Notes under the pieces: generated by a model
Told to the model about the DNA's origin: nothing
What the model saw: the letters and a program-made list of their open reading frames with translations, nothing else
Databases searched by the model: none
From: Nemertoderma westbladi
Lineage: Eukaryota > Animalia > Xenacoelomorpha
Assembly (NCBI GenBank): GCA_032718475.1
Contig: JAUCBJ010001104.1
Span: 1-37,661, forward strand
Direction of reading: 5' to 3'
Length of the DNA stretch: 37,661 bases
Shown here: positions 32,428 to 37,661 of the stretch, piece after piece
How the letters are laid out: each line of letters begins with the position of its first letter
How positions within the stretch are numbered: position 1 is the stretch's first letter
Translations under genes and position numbers: made by a program

Positions 32428-33090
32428 ATGGAAATTATCTCAGTTCTGTTACTAACTTCATTTCACTTAACAGTGGCTGCTGTTTATACTTGGAATAAGA
32501 CCTGTCCAGCCGGATATGGTTGGTCTATTTCCTCTGACAACGACGCCTTACTAAAAGAGTATGAAGATAAGGTCAACAGGTTTACAAAGAGTAACAAGTT
32601 CGTACAATACAACAATACGATGGAGAGCGGTTGTCATACTTGCTCTGATACTTCGTTCAAGATGATTGGATATTCTCATGAGTTTGAGGGTGAGGTTACC
32701 ATCGAGTTTGATTTCTACATCTGCAGGATCTACACCAAGTGCCTGCCGCTCCCCGAGGATTGGTGTACCCACATGCTTACAGTCGTTCTACCTGATGTCG
32801 ATGATGAGTACAGGGGTGACAGTACCGTCAGAGCTCTGATTATCATAAACTGGCTGAAAGTTGATCTCTCCGTAATACACGAAGTTTGCCAGTTTCGCTG
32901 TTGTGTCGATGGTCCATGTCCAGAGATTCAGTGGAAAGAAAGAGTCGTAGAAGCAACGATCCCAATGGAGCCCTTTACAACCCCGTCGGACTTTTTGGAT
33001 ATGATCAGTGATTCCATCGTTGTCGCACCTACCTGGATGCTGGTTGCGGTTCTTATTGTTCTATTGTCAGGAGAGCTTTGTAACAACTAA
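32428..33090 (+). CDS. Uncharacterised Cys-rich secreted protein with GPI or TM anchor
   Basis: Good start context (ATAATGG), signal peptide MEIISVLLLTSFHLTVAA, 10 ectodomain Cys, hydrophobic tail WMLVAVLIVLL, and AATAAA about 20 bp after the stop. Confidence 0.75.
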   Translation: MEIISVLLLTSFHLTVAAVYTWNKTCPAGYGWSISSDNDALLKEYEDKVNRFTKSNKFVQYNNTMESGCHTCSDTSFKMIGYSHEFEGEVTIEFDFYICRIYTKCLPLPEDWCTHMLTVVLPDVDDEYRGDSTVRALIIINWLKVDLSVIHEVCQFRCCVDGPCPEIQWKERVVEATIPMEPFTTPSDFLDMISDSIVVAPTWMLVAVLIVLLSGELCNN

Positions 33091-33392
33091 AGAAATTAAT
33101 CCAGATGCAATAAATTGAAATTATAATATATTTAATTCCATAAGGATTAAAACCACTACAGTATTTACATTACCTTCCTACACATATTAGGATAGTACTC
33201 CACACGAATCTGGACCGAATCTAAAAACAACCATCATGCAGAAAAGTGAAAATAAATACTGAAATTAATATGGTTATTTCATACATTGTAAATTTAGTTT
33301 CATTTAAAATATCGCTAAATTAAGATTACTTTCTTCTAACACAGCTGCTGCACTGCTTGCACTGTCTATATATATTCCGGCGTATTCTGTGC

Positions 33393-33767
33393 ACCGGTGT
33401 AACAGGCTGAGATAACCCCCACCAAAGATGACGCCCCAGTCTTCTCAGCCTAGGCTGAGAACACTCCCCAGAACTAGATTTATTAATTAACGGAAAGAAG
33501 CGGGTTACAGTGGCGGGCATTTCTAACCAAAACAATAAACAATAACTCCATAACATAGATTACAGTCTTATTTTTACAATACGAAAATACAGAATTATAT
33601 TATATATTATATATATTATAATGTATTGTAAAGACCGCCACTGTAACCTGTTCCTTTCCGTTAATTAAGAAATCTAAGGAGAAAACTGGGGAATGTTCTC
33701 AGCCTAGGCTGAGAAGACTGGTGGAGTCATTGTTTGGTGGGGAATTATCTCAGCCTCTTACAGGGGT
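33393..33767. mobile_element. Palindromic MITE with imperfect IRs of about 120 bp
   Basis: TGTAACAGGCTGAGATAA..CCCCACCAAA...CAGTCTTCTCAGCCTAGGCTGAGAACA.TCCCCAG is mirrored at 33687-33762. The centre is AT-rich. Confidence 0.8.
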
Positions 33768-33870
33768 CTTTATATGTATAGTATAATAAAACTATCAAAG
33801 GAAATGAAATACAATATGTTTTGATTTTTTTGATTTATTTTGTTTTGATTTATTGATACTGTTTCCCCGG

Positions 33871-34003
33871 GTGACTAGGGCTTACCATTATATTTCAAAC
33901 TCAATCAAGTTGGTCAATCCACGCGACCGTCTCAAATTGCGCACTGACTCATTCTATTTCCGTGTAATTGATATTGGAAACTCGCTAACCAAAAACGTAG
34001 TGT
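33871..34003 (+). mobile_element. CR1-like LINE ORF2 C-terminal fragment
   Basis: VTRAYH...IKLVNPRDRLKLRTDSFYFRVIDIGNSLTKNVV resembles the CR1 end motif TRGH..KL...R.RL..R..FFS.RVV..WNSLP..VV. Confidence 0.55.
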
Positions 34004-34872
34004 ATGATGGCCCTGAACCCCACTGCAAGAAAAAAAAATATCTCAGGCAAAACAACTTGTCCAGACGAGATGTTGTATGTGAACAACTCGTCGGGACATT
34101 CGTCCGGACAGTCGTTGCATTTCAAATCTGTTACTCCGGTATTCTCATTAACTCTAGCATGGACGCGGTAGGGTTGACTTCTTACACGTTATTTTGGCCT
34201 TAACTGTGCAACGAAGACCAACTCTCTTTACACACACCCATCCAATAGCATTGTCAGTGTCACTGTACTGTACGATGTTCCGCCAGATCTATATTTGGAA
34301 TGGAATATCGTGTTCTGATGTTATAGAATTGGCTAAAGTGAAAAATTGTGTTGCTATTATTCGGATTTATATTGTAATACGAGATTATTACTAAACAGCT
34401 AATTTAGGCTAAATTACTTTATTCCAAAATGGTAACATTACTCAACGCCGTTAGTATTAACAGCGAGTTGTTATTTAGCACTTTACAACTTTAGAGGACA
34501 TTACAGCACTGTATTGGCATGTACATTTAGTATTGTATTTGGTGTTAAAACAGTTAAGTAATGTCCCCTTAGTGGACATTACCTAACGCCGCCATTGGTT
34601 ACCACGTAAACAATAGGTGGAAATTTGCCTAACAGCCAGATAGGCCTACTTCGTTACCTACCGGTAGGCGAGGTATAGAAATTAATAACCAGTAGCTATA
34701 TTATTAACATGGCTCCAAACGCCACCATAAATATAAGCTAACTTATTTATAACATAATTTATGTCATTTTTACATTTATTTATACAGCAACTAATTTAAT
34801 TTGTGCAGTTTCTATGACTTATAATATATGTACAATCATTTCGTAATGTTAAAATTTTGGAATAAAACTACA

Positions 34873-35024
34873 TACATACTTGTTGCAAAGTACTTTACAG
34901 TGTTCTGATCCTCGTGGCTTTATTTTCACTTATTTTCACTCCCTCACTAACGTTCGTTCGTGTAAAAAAGCCACTCGGATCATCACACTGTAAAGTGCTA
35001 CTGTACTTTACACACAAGTATGTA
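34873..35024. mobile_element. ~150-bp hairpin non-autonomous element
   Basis: TACATACTTGT..AAAGTAC..TTTACAGTGT..TGATCC..GTGGCTTT is mirrored by AAAGCCAC..GGATCA..ACACTGTAAAG..GTACTTT..ACAAGTATGTA. Confidence 0.7.
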
Positions 35025-35990
35025 AATAGTTATTACAGTGAATTGTCCACCAATTTTTTTTTAAAACTCGTAAACTGCTTTGATGTCATAAATTACCATT
35101 TAATATAATCATATTCAGATAGTATTTGTTTGTTAATAGAATTGAGTGAGAATTGGGACTAATATAGGACTGGTGGTTGAAAGCGCGTGGCTGTATTTAG
35201 CTACAGTATATTTGTATTATAGCTAATAACTCTTGGTACCATTAGCCTGGTAGTATGGGCGAAGTTAATATTATTCTAGAATACAAACTTAATATAAATC
35301 ATTTTTCCACCGTGCCGCTATCCGCTATCCTACTGTCCTATAGGATAATCCTATTCCACCTTTAAGCCGAGTCAAAGTCAAACGAAAATTAATATCTAGC
35401 TAGCAATAATAAATAATAATACATTAGGTGTATATAGGCCTATTATAATACATAAGGGAATTCTAGAAAAAAATAAATTTCATGTGATATGTTTTACATT
35501 TTGTCTTTTGACTTTGGTAGTGACTTTAACTCGGTAGTGTGTAACGCGGCCTAACACAATACAAAATTCAAATAAATACTTAGCTACATTAATTATTTGT
35601 TTTATATTATTTTAGATTACTAAGATACAGTATTTTATTTTATATTGGCCAATCAACTGCGCTTGACAACTGTTGCTGTGTTATGGTTGACGTCAAATGC
35701 ACAAGTTTGATTTTTCGATGTTGCTAATTTTGCGTTTTAAAACTGCTACAACTCAGCCAATATTAATTTTTTTAAGTAAAATTGCTCTATGGGGTTTTTT
35801 CACATGCTCTTTCACATGAATCCAACAAAGACTCTAGAAAATATTTTCTGAGTCGCCTATGGTATACCACATTTATTTATTTGCATAGCAGCATATTAAG
35901 GCTTATTACATTAGGTACGGTAACCGGTTCCCAGGTGCTTTAGATCCTAGAGCACCTTATATCCTGAACGATCTTAGATCTTGGGTGAAA

Positions 35991-36161
35991 TAGGTCCTTC
36001 CCATACGAACTCAGATCCTTCCCATACGAACTTAGATCCTTCCCATACGAACTTAGATCCTTCCCATACTAACTTACATCCTTCCCATACGAACTCAGAT
36101 CCTTCCCATACGAACTTAGATCCTTCCCATACGAACTTAAATCCTTCCCATACTAACTTAG
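35991..36161. repeat. 21-bp tandem repeat, about 8 copies
   Basis: Unit TAGATCCTTCCCATACGAACT, which produces the spurious PSHTNLD ORF. Confidence 0.93.
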
Positions 36162-37661
36162 TGTTCGCGCTTTTGAAGACCTTTAGCAGTTTAACCTGCC
36201 AAATTTTATATGTCTTTTAGTTAATTAAAACCACTTTAGCATACGACAATAATTTATGCTAATACGCAAAACATTAGCCGAAATCAGCCCATGCGCGATC
36301 ATTCACCCGATGGATCTACACCCGGGAGACTGAATTCGGATGCTTGAATTGTATTATTACAGTGTAAGGTTGCAGTGTATACCTAATGTATTATTCGATA
36401 GATCGTTAATAATTAATCTCTGACAGATATTATTGGCTTTCGGGAAATATTAACAGTTCCTTTAGGACGTGGCGCTTTATCTATTTAAACAGAACTAAGA
36501 CTTATACTAAACGCAACGATACTGCTTGGGATTGAAGTATAAAGCGTATTCTTTAGGAAATACTTTGTTACCAATCACAATCATACACACTATTCTGCCG
36601 ACAGTCAGTACATTTGATCACACATAAAGAGAGCAGTAATTGACTCACGTAGGGTCTGCTAAATAACATTGGATTCAATACACACCACATTAATATAAAT
36701 CGCAATTGTTATGTATAGCCGGTCTCTCTAACCTGTAGTGTTATCAAGAAAATTGGGAATTGGGTGATTTATCCGTATTATCCAAATAGCGATATTTCCA
36801 TCAACAAATATTTACAATTAATAACTGACGGTAAAATAACAGTACAAACAATATGATTAATGAGTTAGAAGTATCAAGGTGAGATGAGTGATTTAAGTCA
36901 GTGAGTTCGTTTCGTTAGATTAGGTAACAGTTTATACTTTCGATAATTCAAGCAGTTTACGGTACAGCAGTATCTATCCAAAAATGCCGGTGTTTCTGGC
37001 TTAGACAGCAATAACAACAAAGTATCAAGAAAAAACAGTAAGACTGAACACTCTCCTTATGATCGGCAGAAAAGCTACACGTCGACAGGAAAAACCGCCC
37101 TGATTGGCCCAAGCCAAACAAAGAACCACGCGGCCAATGGCTGTTTCCATGTCAGCAACCAGCTGCTAGATGTCGTAATATGAATCATCACGGCTAAACT
37201 GTGAAAGGTGGTTGGTGCATTACAAGTTTTTTGTCTTACCATGTCCACTAAAACACGTATATAGCAGAATTACTTTTATGTCCGTTAAAACCCCTGTAAA
37301 GGTACCTTGCGGGCGAGGGGAAAATATATACAGCTAGAAAACCTTTTTTAGAGTATTCCAGCGCCTGGGGGGGAACTGGCCAGCAAAGGCAAACGTATCA
37401 GTTATCCCACAAAAGCTTTTACACCGCTCCCAGAAAATGGGATTTAAGTCTATAAAATATACAAAATCACAGTTTCTAAAATACAAAAATACTCTAAACA
37501 GTTAGTCTTTCTTGCGCGGACGGCGTTTACGCAGTTTTTCAAAGCTAGCAAGAGTCCTTTTCTCTTTGGGGCGAGCCACTTTACGAGGAGGGCTATAACT
37601 CCTGGGTGAAGGGTGCAATATGATTGCATCAGAAGGTATGGGATTGCGATCGGTATATCCG

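Noticed and set aside
35981-36220. PSHTNLD-repeat ORF, and ORFs at 7708 and 7942
   Set aside because: These are translations of tandem repeats with no evidence of coding function.

Overview
AT-rich, repeat-dense animal (probably invertebrate) genomic DNA. Nothing suggests a prokaryote, and there is no CRISPR array, rRNA or intact tRNA. Four host genes are visible and all appear to be single-exon ORFs: (1) a Frizzled-5/8-type cysteine-rich domain with a signal peptide, a Thr-rich stalk and a hydrophobic tail but no 7TM region (1607-2308, -); (2) a CHST8-14/HNK-1ST-family Golgi sulfotransferase with a long acidic stem (4769-6679, -); (3) IBTK with ankyrin, RCC1 and two BTB domains (11868-15395, -); (4) an orphan 10-Cys secreted or anchored protein with Ly6/three-finger-like Cys spacing (32428-33090, +). 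Mobile DNA includes a young, GC-rich, full-length Mag-like Ty3/Gypsy element (21349-26330; LTRs identical by eye, CTTTA TSD, IVED in place of YxDD, one frameshift). There is also a Foldback/MULE-like element with a 10-bp TSD and 49-bp internal arrays (16359-17604), several MITEs sharing a ~50-bp module, RTE, RTE-X and CR1 LINE relics, and four tandem arrays (65, 20, 31 and 21 bp). The best novelty candidates are the CRD-only membrane-tethered Frizzled derivative, the intronless gene set and the non-canonical RT active site. All family assignments come from motif recognition by eye, not database searches.
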